Below are positions 8,201-17,198 of a DNA stretch of 45,288 nt, one piece after another. The stretch lies in the sequence record NC_073323.1. One strand, written 5' to 3'. Each line of letters begins with the position of its first letter. The first letter of the stretch is position 1. The notes beneath the pieces were generated by a model, which had not been told where the DNA came from, searched no databases, and worked only from the letters and a program-made list of their open reading frames with translations. Position numbers and translations under genes: made by a program. Source of the DNA: Escherichia phage vB_EcoS-phiEc3.

Positions 8201-8713
8201 ATGCCGCTAATCGTGGAAGATGGGTCGATAGTACCTAACGCTGACAGTTACGTTAGTCTGGCTGACGCCCGCGCGTTAGCGGCTAATTATGGCCTGGAGC
8301 TACCGGAAGACGATACTGCCACCGAAGTAGCCTTGCGCAACGGCGCTACTTATGTCGGGCTTGCAGAACCGCAGATGTGCGGCCGCCGTGTGTCCGCCGA
8401 GCAGTCCCTGGCGTACCCACGTACGGGAACAACACTAAACGGCTTCACCGTAGCTGATAATGTTATCCCACCGCAGTTAATCCGGGCGCAGGTAATCGCC
8501 GCTGTTACGTATGGAGCGGGCACTGATGTTCGGGCTAACTCCGATGGACGTTCCGTGCAGACCGAGCGTGTAGAGGGTGCGGTAACAGTTACCTACTTCA
8601 ACAACGGCAACAGCGGGGCCACAACCGCGATTACCGCCGCTGACGACGCCTTACGCCCGTTACTGTGTGGTGGTCTTAACAACGGCTTCTCATTTAATGT
8701 GTACCGGGGTTAA
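8201..8713 (+). CDS. Putative head-tail connector/adaptor protein
   Basis: Position and N-terminal pattern MPLIVEDGS...ADARALAANYGLELPEDD resemble gp6-like connectors. Confidence 0.5.
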   Translation: MPLIVEDGSIVPNADSYVSLADARALAANYGLELPEDDTATEVALRNGATYVGLAEPQMCGRRVSAEQSLAYPRTGTTLNGFTVADNVIPPQLIRAQVIAAVTYGAGTDVRANSDGRSVQTERVEGAVTVTYFNNGNSGATTAITAADDALRPLLCGGLNNGFSFNVYRG

Positions 8714-8715
8714 AA

Positions 8716-9330
8716 ATGGCGAAGACTAAATCAGAGATGTTTACTCTTATCGGCGCAAACCTCCCCGATAACACTACCGGGCTTATTACCCCAGCAGCGT
8801 TGCGCGAGGTAATGACACAGATGGCTGACTCACCTATTTACGCCACTCCAGGTGTTAAAGAGGTTGAAGTTCTCCGTGCCGCGTCTACGGTAACCCAAGC
8901 GCCTACCGCGGTAGATACGGCATTGCAGTTAACTTTCGGTGCAGCTCAGGGTAGTGCATCCGACCCGGTAATGATTAATGCTGCGGGGCTGGTTACATTC
9001 AACACCGCCGGTAACTACGCCGTTCGCATCAAGTTACAGGCAGGCCGCACAGGTGCCAGCGGAACGTCAATCCTGCTATCACGTATTTTAGTAAACGGCG
9101 CTCAGTACGGCTCACCAGCCGCCACGAAACTGGTAAGCGCGGACACCACAATCCCGATTGAATCTCGCGTTGTTATTAACCCAACAGCAGGCCAGACTTT
9201 TGCCGTTCAGATTATGCGGGATAGCGCCGGAAGCAACTTCGGCGGCGTATACCCGCAAGCGGCTACCGTAACCGCATGGGGTACAGCACCATCCGCGCTA
9301 CTGGTTATCTCGAGACTGGAGGCCGCCTGA
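8716..9330 (+). CDS. Structural module protein, function unassigned
   Basis: 204 aa ORF in tight gene array. Confidence 0.55.
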   Translation: MAKTKSEMFTLIGANLPDNTTGLITPAALREVMTQMADSPIYATPGVKEVEVLRAASTVTQAPTAVDTALQLTFGAAQGSASDPVMINAAGLVTFNTAGNYAVRIKLQAGRTGASGTSILLSRILVNGAQYGSPAATKLVSADTTIPIESRVVINPTAGQTFAVQIMRDSAGSNFGGVYPQAATVTAWGTAPSALLVISRLEAA

Positions 9331-9689
9331 TGAGCACAGCTTTCAGTAAACGTATGCAAGGCGTAGGTACACGCCTGTTAACCAAATTCGGTAGCACGGT
9401 ATCTCTGATTCGCGCTGGCTCGAAAGTGTGGGATGAAGTTCTCGGTGAGTACGTCTGGTCTGCGGATGAAGTGTTGCCGTTGAAGGCCGTTCCGGTTCCT
9501 GTTAATGCGGGTCTGGTGAACGGTACGACGATTCAGGCTGGTGACATGATTGTTAAAGCCGATTACAGCGTCGTTCCTAAGATGGAAGACAAAGTGCAAT
9601 TCGGCGGCGAGCAATGGTCCGTCGTAGCCATTGAGAAGAAGGTGGTTAACGATGATGTTGTGTCCTACTTTATTCAGGTGAGAAAATGA
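9330..9689 (+). CDS. Head-tail joining / head closure protein (putative)
   Basis: ATG overlapping upstream stop (TGATG), RBS GGAGG; track ORF begins further upstream at 9276. Confidence 0.55.
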   Translation: MSTAFSKRMQGVGTRLLTKFGSTVSLIRAGSKVWDEVLGEYVWSADEVLPLKAVPVPVNAGLVNGTTIQAGDMIVKADYSVVPKMEDKVQFGGEQWSVVAIEKKVVNDDVVSYFIQVRK

Positions 9690-10081
9690 GTTTCGCGCTG
9701 GACGTCTCTAAGTTCGTGGAAAAGGCGAAGAAGAACCCTGAGAAGGTGATGCGTCAGGTGTCTATCAAGCTGTTTTCCGCTATTATAAAGGCGAGTCCGG
9801 TAGATACTGGTCGGTTTCGCATGAACTGGATGGCATCTGGCGGTACTCCTGCTTCCGGGATTACGGATGCTACGGATAAATCAGGAAACACAGCAACCGG
9901 AAACGCTACAAGTTTCGTGCTGAAAGCCACCGACTGGCATGAGTTCACGCTGACAAATAACCTGCCGTATGCACAACGGCTGGAGTATGGCTGGTCGCAA
10001 CAGGCCCCGCAAGGATTCGTCAGGACTAACGTGTCCCGCTTCCAGCAACTCATTAACGAAGAAGCTAGCAAGGTGAGATGA
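9686..10081 (+). CDS. Tail completion / neck protein (putative)
   Basis: 131 aa ORF, overlapping coupled starts. Confidence 0.55.
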   Translation: MSFALDVSKFVEKAKKNPEKVMRQVSIKLFSAIIKASPVDTGRFRMNWMASGGTPASGITDATDKSGNTATGNATSFVLKATDWHEFTLTNNLPYAQRLEYGWSQQAPQGFVRTNVSRFQQLINEEASKVR

Positions 10082-10494
10082 TGGGCTACTTTGAGGACTT
10101 AACAAAAGCGTTTGATGTGCCGCTGGTAGCCTTCGGAACCACCAACGGCATCAAGGTAGCGCTTGAAAACATCGACGCGCCGACGTCAACAGATACGCCG
10201 TATCTGGCAAGTTACATGTTGCTGGCGGATACCGAGCAGGCTGACTTATTCTTCACGGAACAACGCGCCGGTGTCTATCAGATAGACATTAACTACGCAT
10301 CGGTGAAAGGTAGCGCGCCAATCAATAAAATGGCAGACTTACTTAACACGGCGTTTAAAGCAGGTAAGTCATTTTCACGTAACGACATCTGCGCCGAGGT
10401 TCAATCGGTAAGCCTGGGGCCGCTGATTGTAGAAAACGGATGGGCCAAAAGACCATTGTCAATTAACTTTATTGCATTCACCAAGAGGCTGTGA
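10078..10494 (+). CDS. Tail terminator-like protein (putative)
   Basis: 138 aa ORF immediately before major tail gene. Confidence 0.5.
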   Translation: MMGYFEDLTKAFDVPLVAFGTTNGIKVALENIDAPTSTDTPYLASYMLLADTEQADLFFTEQRAGVYQIDINYASVKGSAPINKMADLLNTAFKAGKSFSRNDICAEVQSVSLGPLIVENGWAKRPLSINFIAFTKRL

Positions 10495-10496
10495 AT

Positions 10497-11663
10497 ATGG
10501 CTACAACTCCTTTTAAGGGCGCGAATACCGCGCAATTCTATGTGGCGGAAGTGACCCCGGGCGTAACACCGGCTAACCCGGTATGGTCGCCGTTGCGCAA
10601 CACGGGCGGCGTTCCTGCCATTACCCGCGACACGCTGACCTCCAACGAACTTGACGGCAGCCGAGAAACCACATCCATCCGCACCGGTAACAAGCAGGTT
10701 AGCGGAGAATACGCTATTGAGCTTAGCTCTAAAAGTCAGGACGACTGGTTAGCCGGGGCTTTAGGCTCTACGTGGCAATCCGGCGTTTCCCTGTCAGGAC
10801 TATCGATTACCGTCGCACCCGCGGGCAAGACGTTCACACGCGCTACCGGCAGTTTTATCACTGACGGAGTTGGGGTAGGCGACCTGATTGCGTTTACCGA
10901 TTTAACAGGCGATAACGCAAAACCATTTATTGTTACTGCAGTAACGGCTACGGTTGTTACTGGTGCGGGCATCCAACACACCCTGACCACCGAGACAAAA
11001 ACTAGTAAGGCTAAAACTGGCGACACGTTGGAAACCGGTAACACGTGTAAGACGTTCTCTATCCTTACCTGGTACAAAGGCCAGTGCGGCGGTACTGACG
11101 CGTACACGTTAACCAAAGGCGTGGAAGTTTCTGGTTTTACCATCGAACAGGCTGTTAACGCGATGGTAACTGGCAGCTTCCCATTCATCGGTCGCAGTCA
11201 GGAGATTCTCACTACGCCGCCGACCGGTTCCAACTTCTCATCTGTTACTTTTGGTGATGAGCCGTTCTCTTCGGTTGACGTTTCCGTGTTCGATGGCTCT
11301 ACGCCGTTGCGTTGTGATAGCCTTACCATCACCAACGACAACAGCGCGTCCGCGCAGTTCGAACTCGGCAACTCTAACGTTGCGTTTGTGGAACGTAGCC
11401 GCGCAGCTAACACCTTCTCCATCTCCGGTAAGCTGTATGACATGGCTATGATTCAGAAGTTTATCAACGAGCAGCAGGTAGAGATTAACTCTATTCTGGC
11501 AGGGGTAAACGGGGCTATGTCTTTCAGTCTGAAACGAGCCGAACTTACGGCGGTTACACCAGAGATTGGCGGCCCGGAGTCAATCACCCAGAGCATAGAA
11601 GGACAGTCCACAGGCAACCAGTACCAGTCGTCTATTGTAATTCAACGTATCACCTACGCATAA
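10497..11663 (+). CDS. Major tail protein (gpV-like N-terminal domain with C-terminal extension)
   Basis: N-terminus FKGANTAQFYVAEV...PANP resembles lambda V; RBS AGAGG; strong terminator follows. Confidence 0.55.
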   Translation: MATTPFKGANTAQFYVAEVTPGVTPANPVWSPLRNTGGVPAITRDTLTSNELDGSRETTSIRTGNKQVSGEYAIELSSKSQDDWLAGALGSTWQSGVSLSGLSITVAPAGKTFTRATGSFITDGVGVGDLIAFTDLTGDNAKPFIVTAVTATVVTGAGIQHTLTTETKTSKAKTGDTLETGNTCKTFSILTWYKGQCGGTDAYTLTKGVEVSGFTIEQAVNAMVTGSFPFIGRSQEILTTPPTGSNFSSVTFGDEPFSSVDVSVFDGSTPLRCDSLTITNDNSASAQFELGNSNVAFVERSRAANTFSISGKLYDMAMIQKFINEQQVEINSILAGVNGAMSFSLKRAELTAVTPEIGGPESITQSIEGQSTGNQYQSSIVIQRITYA

Positions 11664-11666
11664 AAC

Positions 11667-11692
11667 TAAGGCCCCGAAAGGGGCCTTTTTCT
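11667..11692 (+). terminator. Intrinsic terminator (GGCCCC-GAAA-GGGGCC then TTTTT)
   Basis: Perfect 6-bp GC stem with GNRA loop and T run. Confidence 0.7.
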
Positions 11693-11828
11693 CATCTAGG
11701 CTTCTCTTTATGCCACAACCAAGTATCAAAATTAGGGTCATACACTAGCCAACCCCCGTCAATCTCAAAATCGTTACCTGTTAAGGCTTTAAAGAAGTTA
11801 ATAATGAGTTTCATAAAATACCTCGTAG

Positions 11829-12059
11829 TTATTCGTCGATATTGCTTCTATACTCCCGTAACTTCTCCAGACTTTCAATTGCTTCCGCTAAGTCGGTTCC
11901 TGTGTCCTTGTGCCCACGAAGACCCATACACAGCAGCTTCTTCAATGCGTGCTGTAGCGCCGGGTCGCGGATATCGAAGGCGCGGAGCACATCGTAAACG
12001 TCTACAGTCATAGTGCTGCCGTGGGTGTTTGCCATTGTGCGGTTGTATTTATTGGTCAT
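11829..12059 (-). CDS. Hypothetical protein, 76 aa
   Basis: Last gene of minus-strand cassette. Confidence 0.5.
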   Translation of the reverse strand: MTNKYNRTMANTHGSTMTVDVYDVLRAFDIRDPALQHALKKLLCMGLRGHKDTGTDLAEAIESLEKLREYRSNIDE

Positions 12060-12060
12060 C

Positions 12061-12549
12061 TTACTTGTCCTTTCCGTGTGATTTTAAGTGCGTTGAGTCA
12101 CCGCCGCACGCATAACCCGTAACCGCGTGCGTCGTGATTCCTAAGCTGCGGAAATGCTTAATCACCACCGGCGAGTCGTCGAATGCGCACAAGATTCTTT
12201 CCAGTCCGAAAGCACGCAACACCTCTTCTTTAATTACGATGTCTTTTCTGTTGTCGTGTTTGCTGCGCATGATTAGCGTGTCAAACCTAACGTTATTCTC
12301 TCGTAACCATTCGCGAGTCTCCTCCTCAGCGTCATCACTTCGCCCGGTAAGGATAATTATAGTAAGTCCGGAATGCCACAGTACGCTACACAAATGGATA
12401 TTGTCGTATATCGGAGCGTCATCTTTGCAGGCCATGTTAAATGGCTTCCACGCCCACGTTTCTCCGTAGTTATCTTTTGGTAACAGGTGTAAGCGATGGG
12501 TACCGTCGGCCAATGTCCCGTCTAAATCGAAAATTACAATATCTTTCAT
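12061..12549 (-). CDS. HAD-family phosphatase, T4 Pnk 3'-phosphatase-domain-like
   Basis: N-terminal DxDGT motif (VIFDLDGTLA) and C-terminal RKDIVIKEEV...AFDDSPVVI pattern as in polynucleotide 3'-phosphatases. Confidence 0.65.
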   Translation of the reverse strand: MKDIVIFDLDGTLADGTHRLHLLPKDNYGETWAWKPFNMACKDDAPIYDNIHLCSVLWHSGLTIIILTGRSDDAEEETREWLRENNVRFDTLIMRSKHDNRKDIVIKEEVLRAFGLERILCAFDDSPVVIKHFRSLGITTHAVTGYACGGDSTHLKSHGKDK

Positions 12550-13676
12550 CCCAGCATCTCCGGTGAAATAGTTAAACGTGCGACCTCGCCATATTCGGCG
12601 CTATAAGTAATTACATTTGCACTGCGGCCCGACATCCATCCGCCGCGAGAGGCGTAGGCGTCTTTAGCCGCTAAGGTGCGGTGTTGCTCAACAATCATGT
12701 TACGGCTTTCTACAATCTTCTGGTGGTGCAGATGGCCTACGTGGGCGTAGCTGTAAACACTCTCGCCGAACGCTTTACGGAACTTGGCAATCATAACCGG
12801 TTCGATAGCGTCGAATCGTGCTTTATGCCCGTGATGGAAGAACAGCGTCGTTTTGCCGTGTTGCACCATCTTGTAAACATCCGGCGACGTATCGACGAAT
12901 ACACGAGGCTCGTTGTCGTACAGTGTGCTGAACATCTCCGCCAGCCAAATCATCCCGGATTCGTCGTGGTTCCCCTGAACTATAAGCAAGCGAACAGTTT
13001 TATGCTTAACCAGAGCCATATCAACAACACGGCGGACCATGCGAATCATGTAGCGGACAAGTTTCTGGTAACGCGTGTCGGCGTCAAGGACATGACCACT
13101 CGCCGGTGTAACGGCGTCAAGACTATCGAAGTGAGCTAAGTCGCCAAGAAGATTAATAACCCCCGTACCTGCATCCGGTGCTTTCTGAAACGCAGCATCA
13201 AACCAACGAGAGAATAAGTCCTCCGCGATTTTCATATCCCAGTCGTCGCCGCTCTCGTCAGCCCAGGCTAACATACCGAGATGGAAATCAGATACCGTGT
13301 AAAGATTGAGTAGTTTATCGTCACGTTTGGCTCGTGCCGGTTTAACAGGCGCAACGGGCGTAATCTCTGACTTCATGCCCTCTATTACGGCTTTCATCAA
13401 TTCAACCTGACGTTCGGCATCAGCGTCGGTCTTAACCCATTGCAACTTAGTGTTGCCGAACTCGTCCACCAGGGACGACGTTCCTTTAATCTTGTAACCG
13501 TCTGGTACAAGGTGACTAACGTCGCGCCCGTGGCCTACGCCTTTCTTAGCCAGCTTCGCTTTACGGATTCGGATAACGCGGTCTGAGATTCCGTATTTAC
13601 GGGCGATATCGATATTCTTCATCCCGGCGTTCAATTCTTCCTGTAATTGCTCGTCGGTTATTTTCTTCTGGGCCAT
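12546..13676 (-). CDS. Calcineurin-like metallophosphoesterase with N-terminal HTH-like region
   Basis: Motifs SDFH, GDLAHFD, GNHD, GHLHH in canonical order; ATG at 13676 after GAGGAAG (track ORF extends to 13781). Confidence 0.65.
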   Translation of the reverse strand: MAQKKITDEQLQEELNAGMKNIDIARKYGISDRVIRIRKAKLAKKGVGHGRDVSHLVPDGYKIKGTSSLVDEFGNTKLQWVKTDADAERQVELMKAVIEGMKSEITPVAPVKPARAKRDDKLLNLYTVSDFHLGMLAWADESGDDWDMKIAEDLFSRWFDAAFQKAPDAGTGVINLLGDLAHFDSLDAVTPASGHVLDADTRYQKLVRYMIRMVRRVVDMALVKHKTVRLLIVQGNHDESGMIWLAEMFSTLYDNEPRVFVDTSPDVYKMVQHGKTTLFFHHGHKARFDAIEPVMIAKFRKAFGESVYSYAHVGHLHHQKIVESRNMIVEQHRTLAAKDAYASRGGWMSGRSANVITYSAEYGEVARLTISPEMLG

Positions 13677-13714
13677 GCTTACTTCCTCGTGTTTAGGATT
13701 TGTCTTATAGTAGC

Positions 13715-13906
13715 CTACTTCTCTTTCACGTTCGAGTTGCAAGCCCAGATTAAAATGAATACCCACGGCAACAGAATCCACCCGAGAAATAAGTTAGCCA
13801 TGAATATCGCCAGCTTTGCTTTATGGTTACGCATATGTGCCACCAAAAACGGGATAAAATAAACGGCTACAAAAATAATTAAGAAGAACATAGTGATACC
13901 GGTCAT
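13715..13906 (-). CDS. Small membrane protein
   Basis: Two predicted TM helices; start at internal ATG 13906 with AGGAG RBS (track start 13933 lacks RBS). Confidence 0.5.
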   Translation of the reverse strand: MTGITMFFLIIFVAVYFIPFLVAHMRNHKAKLAIFMANLFLGWILLPWVFILIWACNSNVKEK

Positions 13907-13948
13907 AACATAACTCCTGATTTGAGATAACATCGTTGGTGTAAGTGA

Positions 13949-13977
13949 ATAGTACGCTATTATATTGGGGAGTGCAA
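13949..13977 (-). promoter_or_regulatory. Sigma70-like promoter TTGCAC-17-TACTAT (conserved element copy)
   Basis: Same 33-bp core as 4580-4608; drives minus-strand cassette; plus-orientation -10 TATATT overlaps. Confidence 0.5.
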
Positions 13978-14084
13978 GTAGTGTGCTAGAATAATTTTGC
14001 GCCTAGTGTCGCACACGAAAAGCGGGTGGTTCCCGTCTGGCGCATTTCCTTTAACCAGTAACCTCTTAACCAAAGGATTAAAGA

Positions 14085-14501
14085 ATGAAACTTTCTGATT
14101 TTTATTACGAAGCGGAAGCCGAAAAGGGCGCACGTATGCCGATACCGCTAAAAGACGGTACTGATTCCGGGGAATGGCTTAATGTTGTTTCTCCTGAGGC
14201 GGACGTTGCCGTTAAGGCTATGCGCGCGTTCACCCTTGCATACCGGGCAGTATTAGGGAAATTAAAACCGCTTCGTGATAAGTGCGAAGAGATGAAAGAT
14301 TTCTCTGAATACAACCTGAAGATGGAAGACGCGGCGACGGACCTTAACCGTCAGTTAGCGATTGAATTGGTTAACGGGTGGAGCCTTGACGACGAATTCA
14401 ATAAAGAGAATCTGAACACACTCCTGACGCAATATAAACGACTCGCGGAACTTGTTGTTGTGTTTCATAACGAACAACTGCACCAGCTACAGGAAAAGTA
14501 G
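14085..14501 (+). CDS. Tail assembly chaperone (gpG-like)
   Basis: Acidic 138 aa protein directly upstream of tape measure region. Confidence 0.55.
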   Translation: MKLSDFYYEAEAEKGARMPIPLKDGTDSGEWLNVVSPEADVAVKAMRAFTLAYRAVLGKLKPLRDKCEEMKDFSEYNLKMEDAATDLNRQLAIELVNGWSLDDEFNKENLNTLLTQYKRLAELVVVFHNEQLHQLQEK

Positions 14502-14506
14502 ACGCG

Positions 14507-14866
14507 TTGCTCCAGTTCGCCCGTTGGAACTTCATAACCCGCCACAAACGGCGGGAATTTGACAGTATCGCCGATGGGCATAAAGCCGCGCTAATTGCTA
14601 TGGGGGTTATGCAAGACGCGCCGGATGCAACGCAGGCCGCTGGGCCGGAATGCCCCCCTGAGCTACTAACCACATTTGAGAAGTACAGGGAAATTAAATT
14701 CACCCGCCGAGTGGACGACGACGGCATCAAGATGTACCCGCGCGAGCAATTACGATGGTCAGATTTAGTGGCGTACAGCACCGTTTCAGGCCAGAATATA
14801 GGGATGTTCGAATCCGACATCATCATGAGCTTAGACGCTATTTTCGAGGGTAGAAACGATGGCTGA
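14507..14866 (+). CDS. Tail assembly protein (gpT-like; possible frameshift extension of upstream ORF)
   Basis: ORF in -1 frame relative to 14085-14501, open from 14471; TTG start only. Confidence 0.35.
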   Translation: MLQFARWNFITRHKRREFDSIADGHKAALIAMGVMQDAPDATQAAGPECPPELLTTFEKYREIKFTRRVDDDGIKMYPREQLRWSDLVAYSTVSGQNIGMFESDIIMSLDAIFEGRNDG

Positions 14867-17198
14867 TGTAGCTAGTTTAGTAGTAAAAGTAACAGAGCAA
14901 GGCGCGAAAGCCACATCAGACCGTCTTGACAACCTTTCAAAGTCCGCAAAAGTAGCGGGGGCCGCCGTAGCAGGCCTTGCTTCTATCGTAGCGGCTACCG
15001 CGTATAAAGCTGCCCAAGAACTGGTTGACTCACAGCGGCAACTGGACAAGATGTCCGCCAGTTTGAAGACCTTAACAGGAAGTACCCAAGGTGCTAAACA
15101 GGCGCTAAGTATCCTGCAAGATTTTGCCCGCGATACCCCATACGGACTGGAGCAGGCGGTGGAAGGCTTCCGTAAGCTGGTGGCCCTTGGCCTTACCCCA
15201 TCCGAGGAGGCGTTGCGGTCCTACGGCAATACCGCATCGGCTATGGGCAAGGACCTTAATCAGATGATTGAGGCGGTAGCCGACGCCAGTACGTTTGAGT
15301 TCGAACGCCTAAAAGAATTCGGCATCAAAGCCAAGCAGAACAAAAACGACGTAGAGTTTACATTCCAGGGGACAACAACCGTAGTTAAGAAAAGCGCTGC
15401 CGATATTGAGCAGTATTTACTTAATATTGGTAACGTAAATTTTGCCGGTGCCATGGCGGACCAGGCCAACACCCTTAATGGCGCTATCGCGAGCGCCAGT
15501 GACTCATGGTCGCAGCTAAAAATGACGCTTGCCACCAGTCTTGATGTTGGCGCACTTGCGGAACCTATCAGGTATATCGATGACTTGATCCAGGAATTAA
15601 ACGCGTCTGTTGCTTCCGGTGAATTAGCCGCTGAAATGCAGATGTGGGGCGACATAGCGTCGGAAGTAGGAAGCGCTATCGAGATGTCATTCGACGCTGC
15701 GTTTGGCTTTGTTGGTGATGCCATCAACGGGCTTAATGAACTGTGGGATTTCAGCAGCAAGAGTATTACCGATAGCGGAGAACAAACGGCCACCACCATC
15801 GCTGAATCCGCCGCCGATGCTCTTGACTTCATCGCGGAAGAGTTCACCGCGATGGAGAGATTCTTTGAAGATATGGTTAAAGGTGCTCAGGACGCTGGCC
15901 GTCTTGTACGCGCCGCTTTTACCCCCGGGGAATCAGTAGACGTAGCTAAAAATATCAACTTCCAGCTTGGCATGGCTTTGGATACCCAGCGCGATGTCGC
16001 CGACGTTACGCGTAAAAGTTTCCGCGAACAGGTAGAAGCTCAACAGGATATTGTAGCGTTAAAACGCGCGGCGTATGACATCGATAAGGAGTCCGCAAAA
16101 GCTGAGGGGTTAAACAAATTTAAGGTAACCGGAACCGGCGGCGGTTCTGACGATGACGGGTCAGCCGCAAAAGCCGCTAAGAAAGCAGCGGACGCGTTCG
16201 AGCGCCAGAAAAAGGCGGCGGAAGACTTCTACTATCAGTCAATCCATCTTAATGATGACGTATTTCAGAAAATAGAAGCTAACCAGGAAGAGCAACTGTC
16301 TAAGTTGCAGGATTTTTATAGCAATAAGCTTCTTAGCGACCAACAGTACGAAAACGCCAAGACGCAGATTATGCTCTCTGCCGAACAGGCCCGCCAGGAA
16401 GAACTGGACAAGAAAAGGAAAGAAGCCCAGGAGAAGCAGCAGAAAGGTGATGATTTCATGGCTCAGATTATGGGCCAGAACGCCACCGAGCTTGAGCTTC
16501 TGGATATTCAGGAACAGCAGAAACTGGCGGTAGCCGATAAGTACCGGGAACAAGGTCTGATTAGCGAGAAGCAGTATCAGGCCGCGCTTAACGCCATCAA
16601 CGAGCAGTACGCAACCAAGCGTGCCGACGCAACGGCAACAGCTTTCGGTAACATGGCTTCAAACATCGGGTCTGCGTTGGGCGAGGCTTCTGGTGCGTAC
16701 AAGGCATTCGCTATCGTACAGGCCACTATAGCCACGTACACCGCAGCTATCGAGGCGTACAAGTCAACGGCTGCTATCCCTGTTGTTGGCCCGTTCCTGG
16801 CCCCTGTAGCCGCTGCCGCTGCCGTCGGGGCAGGTATGGCGCAGATTTCCGCTATCAGGTCAGCACGTGAACAGGGTGGACAGTTATCCGCCGGGCAGGC
16901 TTCCACCATCGCTGAACGCGGTAAACCCGAAGTTATCATGCCCGCTGGCGCATCGCGTGTGCGCACCGCGCAGCAGATGAAAGAAATTATGGGGCAAAAC
17001 GGGTCTTCTTCCGGCCCATCTAATGTTACCATTGTAAATAATACATCGAGTCAGATTGGCAACGTATCCACCGAGCAGGATGATGAAGGCCGTCTGCGTA
17101 TCATCATAGAAGAGCAAGTTGCTGCATCTTTGCAGAACAGCAACAGTAAGATTAGCAAGGCCCGCAAGGCCACAAGAAACGCGCCGGGGTTTAAATAA
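14859..17198 (+). CDS. Tail tape measure protein
   Basis: 779 aa, long alpha-helical/coiled-coil, Ala/Gln/Glu-rich, position after chaperones. Confidence 0.8.
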   Translation: MADVASLVVKVTEQGAKATSDRLDNLSKSAKVAGAAVAGLASIVAATAYKAAQELVDSQRQLDKMSASLKTLTGSTQGAKQALSILQDFARDTPYGLEQAVEGFRKLVALGLTPSEEALRSYGNTASAMGKDLNQMIEAVADASTFEFERLKEFGIKAKQNKNDVEFTFQGTTTVVKKSAADIEQYLLNIGNVNFAGAMADQANTLNGAIASASDSWSQLKMTLATSLDVGALAEPIRYIDDLIQELNASVASGELAAEMQMWGDIASEVGSAIEMSFDAAFGFVGDAINGLNELWDFSSKSITDSGEQTATTIAESAADALDFIAEEFTAMERFFEDMVKGAQDAGRLVRAAFTPGESVDVAKNINFQLGMALDTQRDVADVTRKSFREQVEAQQDIVALKRAAYDIDKESAKAEGLNKFKVTGTGGGSDDDGSAAKAAKKAADAFERQKKAAEDFYYQSIHLNDDVFQKIEANQEEQLSKLQDFYSNKLLSDQQYENAKTQIMLSAEQARQEELDKKRKEAQEKQQKGDDFMAQIMGQNATELELLDIQEQQKLAVADKYREQGLISEKQYQAALNAINEQYATKRADATATAFGNMASNIGSALGEASGAYKAFAIVQATIATYTAAIEAYKSTAAIPVVGPFLAPVAAAAAVGAGMAQISAIRSAREQGGQLSAGQASTIAERGKPEVIMPAGASRVRTAQQMKEIMGQNGSSSGPSNVTIVNNTSSQIGNVSTEQDDEGRLRIIIEEQVAASLQNSNSKISKARKATRNAPGFK

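Noticed and set aside
11692-11814. 40-codon minus-strand ORF downstream of the cassette
   Set aside because: Weak RBS, stop overlaps the terminator tail, no recognisable features; too speculative to annotate.
12134-13139. Plus-strand ORFs 12134-12469 and 12681-13139 inside the phosphatase genes
   Set aside because: Antisense to ORFs with clear HAD and metallophosphoesterase motifs; no RBS; compositionally junk-like.
15260-17032. Minus-strand ORFs inside the tape measure gene (15260-15847, 16239-16553, 16577-17032)
   Set aside because: Antisense to a long, well-supported gene; low-complexity translations.
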